Part shown: one piece after another, positions 23,721-38,058 of the stretch
Numbering within the stretch: the stretch's first letter is position 1
Layout of the letters: every line of letters starts with the position of its first letter
DNA from: Syncephalis fuscata S228
Taxonomy: Eukaryota > Fungi > Zoopagomycota
Reading direction: 5' to 3'
Assembly (NCBI GenBank): GCA_025786725.1
Contig: JAHLTZ010000006.1
Location: 248,001-312,000 of the forward strand
DNA: 64,000 bases
Notes under the pieces: model-generated
Told to the model about the DNA's origin: nothing
The model's input: the letters and a program-made list of their open reading frames with translations, nothing else
Databases searched by the model: none
Program-made: the position numbers and the translations under genes

Positions 23721-25680
23721 ATGAGATAGGAACAGCCCATTCAGAACAAATTCTAGTGTATCCATATAAAAGACTTTGCAAAATGACATAATAAACGAAG
23801 CACTGCTGTGAGAAATGCAAAAGAAGTTGAAATTTGCACTTATAAAACTATATATATTGGATCCAAAACTAATGTTTATTTATATATATACCAGAATCAA
23901 ATTGGACTTCTGTTTCAAGCATTTGTTTATTGCACAAGGCCATGTAACAAAGTTTTGCTGGGTTAATAACATGACCACAGCCTTAACAGCTGTATATCGC
24001 AAGTAGTTTTGCCTCGTAGTCATTCACAAAAACGACTAAATATACAACAATAGTTAATAAATTGTATTAAGCACTACGACTATATTGTAGCACTTCAGTA
24101 ACTAGCAGATTAGTTATAATTTTTTTATTTCGTGGTTGTATTTTGAAATAAGGCTGTTTTGTTTTAAATATTAGATAAATGTAAAACTCCCTAAGCTTTA
24201 TAACAGTTCAACTAAAACATCTTATCTAGTTATGTAAAATTGCTTCGTACCAATATAGTTGAAATGACATGGAACAAACTGGCTAATAAGCACACCGACT
24301 GATTATTTTAAACTGGTCTCATTACTTGTAATATGACATTTAATCTTTAGATCTGCTTCAATATATTAGTATACTGCGCTTAGTTACATTTGATATAAGA
24401 ATAACAACATTAGTTTATTTATTTGAATTATTCTTATTGCACTTACGTTAAACAATTTATTAAGAATTTAGTGTATTGTGGTTGTTAAGTGACTACATTT
24501 AATAGCATTCAATCTATGGAACATGATGATGGGTGGTGAGTGATATTAGTAATCAAAATATTCTTCATCATAAATTTATTATTTATCTAATTTTTGTCAT
24601 TGTTTGCTATACTACTGCTATTTTGTATTTTATTCAGACTATGAACTATTTAAAGTTTATATGTTTGCTATTAGGCTTATTAATTGCAACTATTTTCTCA
24701 TTTTATTGTCATTTATATTACAGTTTTATATTATTATTCATATACTTTTATTTGCTTATTAAATGTATTTTGGAATAGAAAGAATAAGATAATTACCTTT
24801 TGTTAGCTCTGATATTTCATTAACATTTCTGAATTATTGTATATAGAAATAATAAAAAGCGACCTTTATACAAACATACCAATATCATGGTATTGGAAAT
24901 AACAATTCCTAAACCTATTTACTACGTTTGATATAGACATTGAATAAGCATAAACTTAATTTAGATTACATGATCGATTCAATAATGTTTTTTGTTTTTT
25001 GATAGTGGAAAGAAAATGAAGCCAATATTCTAGAATTATTCATATTCCTGGCTCTGTTAATTTGTAGTATGCTGAGCTTCTTAAACCACTCTTGCATACA
25101 TGAATTACTGTTTTTATTCTTATACGTACTGAAAATACGTTTATTCAATCGGATTTCTAAGTTTGGCATCATCTGTCTAAATCCAAGTCAACAACCGCAA
25201 TCTCATTGGCCAACAAAATTTAAACCGGCGACATAGTATGATGTTGAATTAACTGTTGCCCAAAATGCTATATTTTCTTTGTAGTCAGTATGATTTGTAA
25301 TTGTACTATATTGCTTTCACGGCCTATGGTACGGTCGAATCTACACGATAATGAATACTATTAAGGGGCGTCTAGTAATTTAATGGATTTGCTAAAATTG
25401 CTATATTGTCTAGTTTTAGCAACCGATGTCATTGGTGTGAATCACTAAACAACATTATGCATTTTGATTGAATCAGAATATATGTTGTACGCAAATATAA
25501 AGAATATAGTACGGTATACATTTATAAACATTATAAAAATAAACGATTATTTTTACTTATATTAATGTAAATGTGCTTATATCGCTAGCACAAAAAATAG
25601 ACATAGGCGTGCATATTACAATGCAGTATACAGCAGACGGATGTATAATATGTAATATGGTACATCTAATGTCTTGCATA

Positions 25681-26186
25681 TTAGCCACGTGCTAAAGGCG
25701 TAGGCGTAGGAACGCCTAGCATAATACTGACACCTTCAATAATACCAAGAAATACATCCCCAAATGCTGCCGATATTAATGCTGGCTTTATGCCACTACA
25801 CGCAGCCAATACGCCACTGGTCAAAGCACCACTCATAATACTGTTCCAAGCATCTTTCTTTTGTCGAATATCTTGAAGACCACAAACAAATGCCGAAAAT
25901 GAACCACCCCAAACGGCAAAGTTACCACCAAGAACAGGAGCACGAGCACGTACAGCCGATATAGAGCCATAAAATCTTTCACCCTAAGCGGTCATTTTAT
26001 TAGTATATTTTATTAATACTATATGCTGCCTATACAGCCGACGACATAACTTACCCGTGGGGTATTCCTTGCTCCTTTGACCGAATGCCAAATACCGCCA
26101 CCTATGGCACCCATAGCAAAAGCACCGCCCATATCATTAAGAATAATCCAGGGACATGGCTCGCAAGAATAATCTGAACGCAGCAT
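25681..26186 (-). CDS. TIM17: Mitochondrial import translocase Tim17 (divergent); missed by the ORF track
   Basis: [44 protein letters not shown]|[27 protein letters not shown]...[11 protein letters not shown]...IIEGVSIML; one intron at ~25984-26054. Confidence 0.93.
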
Positions 26187-26461
26187 TATATTGCTGTTAA
26201 ATAAGATGTATATGTAAATAATAATAAGACTAACTAGACGAAATACAGCGACAATAGCATGTAAAAACGAAACGGACTAAATGCAACGCCCATTTAATAA
26301 AACAATGCATTAAACGACTGGTTTCGATTACCAAAAATGATAATACGCATGATTAAATTTATAGCTGTATTATTGTTTGTTGAAATAATAACAACGTATA
26401 ATTATCATTTATATTTTACTTAACAACAAAACACTACGTTACACTCACGTTTTTCTTTATT

Positions 26462-28547
26462 ATGGACGAATTGTTGCGTCAATTCGACGCATTACCTTCA
26501 GTCGACCGCGTCAATTGGTAGAGTAATTTATAGAATGCAAAATAACGCTAACTTATGCACCGTTCACGGCAGTATATGTCGTATGGTTGACCGTATGACG
26601 TATTCACAAGTACGTCGACTGCAAGAAGCACTAGACGGCCACTGGACAAATGCTCATGTTATTAACAAGCAGCTCGATGCGCTTGGCCTACTGCCTAACG
26701 AACTGGCCATTCAAGTACTTACTTATCTAGACTGGCGTGAAATTATTCAATGTCGCAAGGTAAACTATTGATGGCAAATACCGTGCTATTGCTACTAACG
26801 ACAATAACCATTATAATGCTATATCTATATCTATATATAGATATCAAAGCGATGGTATGCATTAGCTACAGCTAATTCACTTTGGAAACAACAATGCCAG
26901 CGTTATCTTACATTAGATAGTATGACTACGGCATATTATTGGTTATTTAGACAACAACAGTATCATAATGAATTTATTGATTCATACTTGGAAAAAGTAC
27001 GATCAATGTCTATCCCATGCCATTATCCTCGACAACGTGTATCTAGTGCTGCTACACCACCAGTAGCACTTGAATCTACCATAGACTGGTTAGCATTATT
27101 TACCTGGACGGCCAATCGTGAGTGTAATTGGCATCAAGGACAACCGGCCCTTCATCAAGTTATTCTCTCAGGCCATATGGGCCGATTACAACAAATTCTA
27201 CTTTTGCCAAACAACCTAATGTTGACTGGCTCATTTGATCGATCTATGGTTATTTGGCAGCTTAAAAACGATGCCAGTGCCATCGAATGGCTTCGTTGGG
27301 AATGCGACAGTATTGTTTCGCTTGATGCGCTACTACTCTATGAACCTCAAGCATCGCAAATGGATTCACCTTATCCAATTATGATGGTCATTATTGCTAG
27401 TCATTTTGATCGGTAAGCATTAGCAGTATAACCAAACCGTATAAAGTATTTATTATTGTTGTTAGATTATGTACTCTTTGGCATATTGCAATTGATAAAG
27501 AACATCAAACACTATACGTTCACAAGAACTTTACACTTCGAGGACATATGGCACCTATAAAACAAGTATACATTTTGCAAGCATGTGCTGTATCCTACGG
27601 TGATGCAGCTGAACTATTAGTCTGGAACTGGATAAATGGCGAGCAACTATTTAGATTTAATATTGCACAATGGGTAATTACATAGATTATTATTGTCATT
27701 TAGCAGCTATTTAATGAACTAATACAATGTATTTCAGATGGTAAGCGATCTGCTAATAAATGCTCACAAAGATAATAGCATATTGCTGGCTTCTCAAACG
27801 GGTGCCATTATCGGATTCACAGTGCCAGATAGTCGGTCATCGTCGTCGCCACCATTGTTAACGACTCAAACGCCAGATATTGAAACATTAAGACTGTCGA
27901 CACAAGCCATCAATCGACCAGCCATACTACGGTGGATATCATCGGGCGAAATAAGATCCACAGACACTTCATCAATATTTGCTCGAATTGATGATATTGA
28001 AGTCGAGCTATTTTTATTTAAACCAGGTGATAGCATGGCTGCAATCACAATGGAATTAACATTACTTGCAACAATTAAAAATGGACCCAGTCTTCATTTT
28101 CCACTGGCAATTAATGAACGACGTATGATTGCGTCCATGCCTCTTGACATTATGACCCAGCCATTGCCAGCACTCACACCAATGTTTGCCAATAACACAA
28201 TAGCCACTAATCATTCATTAGATCGACTATTTAGCAACAAGCAATTAAAGACTATTTCACATGATCATAACGGCAAAAAACTATTACTAGACCACGAAGA
28301 CAGCAACAATTTATGGCAGTGTTTGTTAAATGCTCGATTGAATCTGGAAAACAAGCGAACTACAAGTTTAGTTGTTGATGCCTGTCGGCTTGTTGTTGGT
28401 TGTATTGATGGCACGATATTTATATGGCAGTTTGCACCACAGAGGCCTATTCCTCAACTAAAGAAACAGCTAATATTAAATAGCAGTAACAATTATACAA
28501 ATAAACTATCGTCACTGCATATATATAATCAATTAAATAAAACATAG
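26462..28547 (+). CDS. F-box and WD40-repeat protein
   Basis: LDALGLLPNELAIQVLTYLDWREIIQCRK|ISKRWYALATANSLWKQQC (F-box); LSGHMG...LTGSFDRSMVIW, LRGHMAPI..., LVVGCIDGTIFIWQF (WD40). Four introns; head-to-head with TIM17 (275 bp apart). Confidence 0.85.
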
Positions 28548-29194
28548 ATTTTAACATATATAACTCATTATAATGATAGTGGAAATAGTAGTAATAATAA
28601 TAATGATAATAGTTGGCAATTGCATATAATCATATACTTTAAGTCAAATAACCAAAGAGAACATTGGATTGCATAAGAAAAGTGAATGAAGGTGCCTATG
28701 AGAACATTGGATTGGCGGTGTGTATTCATACGCGCACGTATAATATTCATGCTAATATGAACACACCTGGTGAAAATGATAACCATAAAAATAACAATAG
28801 TAGTGGCAACAATAAAGTCGTAATAATTATAATTAGAAAGAAGATAGCAATAAAAAAAGGTGAAACGAAGAAAGATGATTAAGTAAAGTGGTCATAATGG
28901 TGGCCACAACAACAGTGCCATTATCAGATAACATTCACGTTATTACCGACACACACGCACATACGCTGTTACCACATTATACATATCATTATCGCCACCA
29001 ATATAATTACTATCAAATGCATACTATCACTATTCTTGCCAGTGCCACTACTATCGTTATTAATTACAATCACTAAACTCATCCCACCACCGCCAGCGAA
29101 TAGTATTAATATACCGATCTACCCTGATACAAAAGGGCAACAACAGCCTCATTATTACCGCCATTGTTACCGGCAAGAAATAATGTACTTTTGC

Positions 29195-30169
29195 TTAGAG
29201 AATGGCACATTTGGCAGTCTTGCCGGCGTTACGATTTCTTCGTCGACGGCCACCTTCCTTGGTGTTGCGGATCATGCGGACTACTGTGTAGAAAGCACGC
29301 TCGACGTTGACACATGTCTTGGCCGATGATTCAATAAAGTCACAGTGCAACTTCTTGGCCAATCCCATGCCTTCTTCGCGCGAGACTTCACGTTCTGTCA
29401 CTTTGTCGCACTTGTTACCGACCAACATCAATGGTACGTTGTCGGTATCCTTGACACGAGTGATTTGGTCACGGAAACGCTCAACACGTTCGAATGTTGA
29501 TCTGGAAGCAATTGAGTAGACAAGTAGGAAGCCTTCGCCGTCGCGAATCCATTGGTCACGCAAGGCCGTGTATTCCTCTGTGATGTGGGCAATAAATGCT
29601 AGACATTAGTACAAACCGTCAAATCGGTTCAGTCTATTCAGTTATCGTACCTTGGCCGGCTGTATCCAATACTTCAAGAACACATGGTTGGTCATCAATT
29701 ACTACTTGTTTACGATAAGAATCCTCGATTGTTGGATCGTATGTCTATATAAAGTTTAGTTAGTTTCATTGCAACCATTGATCGCTGTAAACAGGTACAT
29801 ACCTCTGTAATATCAAATGGTTGGCAGTGATAGTATAAATAAATCGATATGAAACATAATCATTAATCATCATTTAGACAAATAACGTCACATCAAACTT
29901 ACCCACGAAGTGGTTTAGACAAAGCTAAAGCGGTCAAATGATACAAGGAGAAAAACAAGTTAAAAGATAAATGTCAGTTGGACTGTATGGCCATATAATG
30001 GCGAATACTGTGCTAATTCACCATTGCGTCTTACCTGAATCGTTAATGCCGTCTAATTAAAAAAGAACGCCAAATGTAAATAAATATGCTGTTGTATTAA
30101 TGAGTAGAGCAGTGCACTTACTTTGCCAACACCACCATCGCCCAATACGACAAGCTTATAAAGCATCAT
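29195..30169 (-). CDS. RAS: Ras GTPase (fungal Ras2/RasB type), six coding exons including a 2-nt micro-exon
   Basis: Exons 30122-30169, 30035-30052, 29903-29924, 29803-29804, 29651-29744 and 29195-29577 give [43 protein letters not shown]...DTAGQEEY...NKCD...ESSAK...KCAIL (CAAX). Confidence 0.96.
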
Positions 30170-32145
30170 CTTGGAAATAGAAAACTATGTACAATAACAT
30201 CCAATATTTGATCAGTATCGCTGTGGATGCCTATTTGTTTAATGCACATGCTTACTTTGACTTAAAGATAGACCAAAGACTAGATTACGTGCAACACTGC
30301 AAAAGGAGCGTTGGTCGATTTGAACAATATCGATAATAGAGCGATGACTAAATAGTGAACGAGTGTCTATATCAATTATTGCCGTGCAAAGGCGCGTCGT
30401 TAGTATAAGTCTATGTAAAAGTATGTATAAACAAGCGCACTGACCACCACGTCAGAAAGATAACAGATAAAGTTAAAAAGGTAAACAAAGAAAGAATAAA
30501 GAATAAACGTAGCCAATATCGACCAGCGGGATAGCAATAGCAGATAGTAAGTAGAGCAGGTAAAATGGAACGATAATCGTTCAAAAGTCAGATTAGTACG
30601 CAATCGTTGATACAAAGTGAAAACAACGCAGAATACTATGGAAAGATGGAGGATAGATGAAAGATGAAGCACAAACACAAGCGTCAAAGGAAAGAAAGCT
30701 GAAAAGATTTCAAGGCGCAAAATGAAAACGTTCTGGTAAGGGGAATACCGGAAAGGGGGAAGCACCGCGTGTGTGTATATATGTGTGTGTATGTGTTATT
30801 GTGTGTATGAGTGGATATAGCATGGTGGATGTGGCACATGTTTGTGTGTGTGTGTGTCTGTTTCCAAACCAAGGACAATCAATAGTACGTAGAAATATAA
30901 AGAATGGTAGCTATCAAAAGCGATATTGTTTCAACAAAGATTACTATTACCACCCACTAATATGAATAGAAAATAAAATGAATAGTATGTTTTTAAAGCC
31001 CCAATACTAAACACAGTACAATTGAACACTCTAAATCGAGTGTGATTAAACCAGCGTGTATAGAATCCAATGCTCATGTGGATGCTATCCATCACGCGGT
31101 CAAAGCAAGAGCGTGTGCGCAATTGAACTACGTCCATAGCATTGACCAGCTCAAAATGAAAATAGATTGAAAATATAGAGAATAGATACAGATATTATGA
31201 AAGAAACAAATTATGATAATAAACGTATATCAACACAGCTAACTATCAAACCAACCATGTCGCTTACCTAGACAGCGTTCAGCAATAGAAGTAGCAATAG
31301 CAATAGCAGTGATAGCAATAGCAATAATAATAATAATAATGATAATGGCACGAAAAGTTCCTAATAGAATCCGTGTCCAAGCAATTAATAAACTAATTGG
31401 CAAGTGCAAAGAAACGCGGCTCTAGTACAGAATAGCTAGAGAGTAGTCAAGCGTCGTTAACACTAGTACGAAAAGGAAATAACAAACGTAGATTGTTATT
31501 GTTGTTGTAAAATAGAGATGAAAGCAAGCCAGTAGAGAAAGGTGAAAAAAGGAACAGTCAGTCCCTTTCTTGTAACATTGAATAGGCAAGTATGGCGGTT
31601 TATGCGTGGGCGTGTGAGATGGGGTGATGAATGAGGTGAAAGGTATGAGATATGCAGAGCGGCTCGAGACATGTGAGTGAGTAGGTGGAGTGAGAGTAAG
31701 TGAGTGGGCGTGTGTAATAATCACCACACAGATCAGTATGGCTGGATCCACAACATCCCAATAGCAATTTGGGGCACTGACCAAAAGAGGAAATAGGGTC
31801 GGTGTATCACCCATAACTGTCGCTTTAAGAACAAGAAACACACAATTCATACAAGTTACTCTGATGGATCAAAAGGCCACGATTTAGCACGGTTCACGTG
31901 CTAATAGAACACAGATAAACATACTGGCATTGAAGGGTAAAGTAATTATAACAAAGATATCTACGCTATATCACACTAGCGTGTAACTATGAGTATAAGG
32001 CCATAATAAGCACGCAAAAGCCAGCACACCACCTTTCCTTACTTCATACAGTAACGGCTTACTCAGAGTTGTTAGGTAAATAAAGGATTTGGAGAAGTAA
32101 TGCTTAGTTATATACTACGTACACACCACACACACACACACACAC

Positions 32146-32170
32146 ACACATAAATACACATATAGCACAC
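32146..32170. repeat. (CA)n microsatellite
   Basis: CA run in the RAS-SUV3 intergenic region. Confidence 0.85.
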
Positions 32171-34122
32171 ATATACATATAAACATTCGTTCCTTCGTCT
32201 ATTATAGACCGATATTCACTTACCAGATAGTGTAAAACCAAAACCAGCGCGTGCTTATCACGGTAGGTGTGGTCGTTAATTGTTTCGGGTTAATTAGTGT
32301 AGATGTACTGAGTGTATAGAAGGAAATTAACTATGCAGAAACGATCAAAAATAAGTAATGGTTGTACATATATATTGAACATTACACGTCACAAAGATAC
32401 ATACGTTGTCGTCGCAGTCACAATCATGCAACCTATATTAGCGATAGATGAATATAATAAAATGAGCGGTAATTAAAGCGAAAAGTTAACAAAACAAGGG
32501 TCCAGAAGCGGAAATTGTATAAAGCGAAAATGACGTTGGAAGATGGAAAACACGTCGATAAAAGTCTTGTAAATGTAAAAAACAGTTGTAGAAAGTCCTT
32601 GAACTGGCATGGCCGCTATTTGGGCAATAAACCAATGCTAGCGCATTGTAGATGCCATACGACTCGGACCGAGTTTAGCTCAAGGCAGATTTTACAACAT
32701 GCAGCAACCAGCATTGCAAAACAACGGCAATGTGACTAGACCACAAGCCAATATACTTCAGCACGTTTATCATGTGCTGAGGACGTGGTGGTACAGGATC
32801 CACATGTTGACCATGGTAGCAATGCTGCAATGGCTGGCCACGCATATACACGCACACGCACATATATTCATACATATCCACATACACACATCAAGGATCA
32901 CCACTAGTACCATCGCCAAACTGTGCAACAACCTGACGCTGTCGCTGCGCCATATGAATCAACGGGGCGTGCATTCTGCAAATGCTAAGGAGTGGCACCT
33001 GCGAGAGTATACGGGCATGATGTGAAAGAATGAGAGTTAAAAAACGAGACCAATTAATACACGATATGCAAGTATAGGCGAGCATCAAAAGAATGAGTGA
33101 CGTCTACACAGTCAGTGCTGTCCCCATTTAGTGTATATATTCAATATATCGCTTTAGCAACTAATACATTAAACTAACAACTAATACAGTATTGGCCACC
33201 AGTATAGACATCAGTAATAGACGGAATACTGATAGGAAAAAGGCGTCAAGTGTTTACAAGGCATCGTTTCAGCACATACTCATGCTGCAGACAGCAAAAT
33301 ATTCAAGGTGGAACCGGATGTAAAACTCAAGTGTGCATTATCGCTTACCAGTAAAACAAAGTGTAACAATTTTTGGTTACTAAGTACCAGTAAAGAACAA
33401 CCTTACAAGCTTAAATTCGGGTTGTAAGCTTGGCCGAATGGATTGATACGAGTAGAATGTCAAGTGGCAATCAAGAGAGAAAAGGCAGCAAGAGATTGAT
33501 TGAGTTTCGAAAAATAAACTAAAGGTTAGCTAAACAATAGCGAGAAATCGCTCGATATACACAAAAAGTATTGTTGTTAAGCAATATAAGCGACACTGGT
33601 TCTTGAAGTAAGTCAATAAATAGAAAAGGCAGCTAGGAAGAAGAAGCTAGTCAGGTCAATTGCGAATGCTTTATGTATTGCTCAGACTACGTCAAAGACG
33701 ATCTTTTATTAAATATATTACTGCTTGTGAACCAATGCAGCAAAGGGCACCTGCACGGATCCAACAGCTCATGGCCAGACTCATGACTGAGTGCTTGTTT
33801 GTTCTTTTGACACTAGCTATAAGGATGAATAGTAATACCATGTATCAGTAACAGCGCTGAAGCTCATTTACAAATAATGCAACCCTGCCATACAGTTGTA
33901 CAACCAACTATGCATTAATACTGGACTATGGTAGAATTGTCTAGCCAAGCGATAGGTTGCACGATATCACTTTGAACATACCAATCCGAGTCCAGACAAA
34001 TAGAATTGATTGGAATAGCTTTTGTTTTTTATTCGGTGATAATAAAAAAATACTCATTGATTAGCAAGATTCTTTTTCATACCTTGGAATTCAGTAGTAT
34101 ATTCGTCAATAGATGCCTGAAT

Positions 34123-36876
34123 ATGTTGCGGCTATTTACAGTAGCATCTGCACGTCAGCTGATTAGGCCAACGTGCCTGCATGGTCTAAAGACGAGTCGC
34201 TCGGCATTAAGCCAAATACGCGCATTACAAACAACATGCATTGTAGAACGACAAAATTTAAGCGAAAAACGTGTCATTCCTATTGTTGGCAGTAAGAAAC
34301 GCGGTGCTTATATACCAAAAACACGGCAGGAAGCATTACGCAGTAAGTGAACCTAGTTGTAGGCCAATTAAATATTGGCAACTTTAAACAATAGCTATAT
34401 TTAATTTATTATCATCACCATCACTCTATAGTTGTCCAAGCTCGTCTTTCAGCATTTGATCGACTACCTATCATTCGCAGACGGTGCTCGACTATTGGCC
34501 TAAGTAACTCTGAATTCTCTAGATTGGCACGCAACTTTATGGCTGAAATCAATGCCAATCGGATTCATGGCTGCTCGATGCATTCCCTCGTACAAATCAT
34601 GTTGAATGACGGTATAGGTGAGCGATATAATTGAACTAAATTAATTCAGTATATTAATAGAAAGTATTGTAGAATCGGTGGACAATGCACTAATTCCCAA
34701 CTTCTATACGTACGTGGAAAGTAGCGTGCCGACAGAAAGCTTAGACAAAATTAATCGATTACGCCAACTATCCGATCTACGTCGGCCGACAGAGTGGCAT
34801 GTCGGTGCCCGTGCAACTAGACGGTATGTAGAGAGCATTGCAAAGTAACTGCACTGACTTATTCCCATCAGACGTATCATTATGCATGTCGGCCCTACAA
34901 ACTCAGGCAAAACGTATAATGCAATGCAACGGCTACAAAATGCGGAGAACGGCGTATACTGTGGCCCACTTCGTCTATTAGCCCACGAGGTCTACGAACG
35001 GTTTAATACTTCTGGCCATCTATGCAATCTTATCACAGGCGAGGATCGACGAATTCGTGACGACGTTTATGTACCGCTGACATCATGTACCGTTGAAATG
35101 GTACCGTGAAGCATAAGCTTGAAGTGGCAGTTGTAGATGAAATTCAAATGATTGCCGATCCACTTCGGGGATGGGCATGGACACATGCATTATTAGGTAG
35201 CAATAATAGTAATACTCTATAATATGTATGTTAACTAATATTGTTAATCAGGTCTACAAGCAAAAGAAGTTCATTTGTGCGGTGAAGCAACAGCAGTAAA
35301 TCTAGTCAAGCGTATTTGTGAAACATTAAATGAAGAGGTTGAAATCAACGAATATCAGCGACTTAGTCCACTAGAGCTATCCAAAACATCGCTGAACAAC
35401 AGTTTAAAAAATATTCGTAAAGGTGACTGTGTGGTAACCTTTTCACGAGAAAATATATTTGCACTTAAACAAGAAATTGAATCACAAACGGGACACCGCT
35501 GTGCTGTTATTTACGGTGCACTTCCTCCAGGTAATTTGTCTAATCACTCTACTATTTTAAGCATTTCTGACACTGTCAATAGAAACACGTGCGGAACAAG
35601 CACGTTTATTTAACAATCCCGACAGTGGATACGATGTACTTGTGGCCAGTGATGCGATTGGTATGGGACTTAATCTGTAAGTATAATACATATATCATAG
35701 TTATGATTATGGCTAATATATACTATATAGTAACATCCGACGTATTATATTTGAATCGATGGAAAAGTTTGACGGAAAGTTAGTTCGACCATTGCAGATA
35801 TCGCAAGTAAAGCAGATTGCTGGTCGTGCCGGTAGATTCCAAACAGCTTATGCGATAGGTGAAGCAACAACGTAGGTAGTAAACTATTCGACCAATTAAA
35901 CTTTGACAATCGTTGTATAGCTTGCAAAAATCGGATTTGGGCAAATTGCATCGCGCTATGAACACACCGCAAGATGATTTGAAGGTGAGCAATAAACTAG
36001 ATAACTTTTGTACACTTGTGCTGATATAATTGCCCTAGATGGCTGGTCTGCACCTACAGTAGGAACTATAGAACAGTTTGCACATCAACTGCCCAATATT
36101 CCCTACTATCAACTACTGGTAAGCACGATAAATATTTTGTTAACACTGGCTATAGCTTGCATTATAGGAACAATTCGAAGATTTAGCGAAGTTAGATGGC
36201 CGTTACTTTATGTGTAACTTTAGAGATGCCAAGGTAGGAAATAGTTAATACAAATATTAGTCGAGTAACAATAAACAATAGCAAATGCCGAAAGAATTGA
36301 AGATCTAGAACTGCTATTGCCAGACCGATATCTATTTTGTGTTGCGCCAGCAAATGTACGCGATCCTATATTAATGAATCACTTTACAAGGTGGGTAGAT
36401 ACGAGCAAGAGCACCCATTAATATTCATGCTTACAATATTTATCTAGTTTGCAAGTGCTTTCAGTGAAAATACGGCGGCTCATATTGCCGATTTTGTAAA
36501 CTTACCGGAAAGGGCACCCAGCACAAAAGAAGCACTACGCCCGCTTGAATCACAGCACCGAGTTATTCTTTTGTACATTTGGCTAAGGTAGCTATTACCT
36601 CGTATTATACTATTTATCATTAATGCTGATTTAAATAATCTAAACAGTTATCATTATCCCGACACGTTTGTAGATGTTGACCATGCTCGTGAATTGAAAA
36701 GAGTTTGTGAACAAATGATTGATGAAGGCCTTACAAAAATCAAGTTTTTACGCAAAGGTATTGCGAGCGAGCGTGGCGCAAGAGGCAACGCTAGATCGAC
36801 CAATGAAACAAATACAAATAAGGTTCGATTGCCTAAAGGTGGTGCATATAAAGCTGCAACAAATAGTTCAATTTAA
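34123..36876 (+). CDS. SUV3: Mitochondrial ATP-dependent RNA helicase Suv3 (multi-exon; frameshift at ~35106)
   Basis: Arg/Ser-rich presequence; [86 protein letters not shown]. Confidence 0.96.
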
Positions 36877-37976
36877 CAGTGACAAATATACTAATGAACC
36901 AGTATTTTAAATAATAAACGCTATATGTATTGTGCACCAACAACGTGCGTGTGTGTGTGTGTGTCCGCGTGTGAATGTTTATAATAAACCGGTTGTTTTT
37001 AACATTAAATTTAAAGTTTCTATGTACCATAATTATGCTGCCTAAGACTACTAGCTCGATTGATATTTAATGTGTGTTTTAATCACGTTAATATTTAATA
37101 TTATTGCGTTTTAATCGATGTAAATAGAATACACAGTTTATAAATAAACTTTGCCCTTTATTTATTACCTATCAATTGTCAACAACGATTATACTTATTC
37201 TAAACTATCGAAATGTACTCTTAAGCTATAATTACTATAATATCTACTCTATACATACATACTTGAATAAAGTAAATAATCAATTAATTATTATACTTAT
37301 AACATCAATATTTGCTGTCAACTAGCACACAACTATTACTACTTATGCTCTATATCATTTAATTTATTACACCGTATGCAAATAAACTATTCGTATAGTT
37401 TAATAGCAGTATTTACTGTCTTTTACTTAATAAAGATTACACTTGCTTTATATCGTTATTCTTGCATAATGTTTTACACATTTAATATTGTTTTTACCTA
37501 GCAATAAATAATTTCAATTTCTACAGTGTCGTCAAAGTCACTACTTTCTGACTATCGTACTACTTGATCAATAAAATGTGTGTGATAGATAAGACAGTTA
37601 ACAATTGGATGTAAGATACTGTTTATTTGTTAATAAAATGGGTTGGTTTATATACTAAAATAATTAGTATAACCATGTAATGATAATAATAATAGTAATA
37701 ATAATACTATGACGTCGGCAATCGATCAACATCGTCATAAGATCATGGGTTAGTCAGGAGTGAGTTCATATGGCTGGTCATCGGATTGATCATATGAATA
37801 GATAATTCATATGACTAGTCATATGGTGAATACTTAGTGCTAGGTGGTGTGGTGTGTGGTGTGTAATTTAGTCAGGCAAAAATTCAAAGTCCGACAAAGT
37901 AAAAAATGGTCAAAACAATATTCAGCAATGTCATAGTTTGTGTAACATTGCCAACAGTTACAACAAAAAGGTAAAT

Positions 37977-38058
37977 CGACAGCTGCAGGATTCGAACCTG
38001 CGCTCCCAAAGGGAAACGCCTTAGCAGGGCGCCGCCTTAACCGCTCGGCCAAACTGTC
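37977..38058 (-). tRNA. tRNA-Ser (anticodon GCT), 82 nt, intronless, long variable arm
   Basis: GACAGTTTGGCCGAGCGGTTAAGGCGGCGCCCTGCTAAGGCGTTTCCCTTTGGGAGCGCAGGTTCGAATCCTGCAGCTGTCG; A-box and B-box present; T5 pol III terminator ~8 nt downstream. Confidence 0.96.

Noticed and set aside
24119-25420. AT-rich stretch with a weak resemblance to the MULE TIR (~24140-24180) and short ORFs
   Set aside because: The similarity is too short and AT-biased, with no partner TIR or recognisable protein; possibly old repeat debris.
32515-33088. Overlapping short ORFs in the RAS-SUV3 intergenic region
   Set aside because: Low-complexity (CA/TA-rich), no domain and no convincing splice structure.
37840-38052. 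70-aa ORF MAERLRRRPAK...
   Set aside because: Translation of the tRNA-Ser gene.
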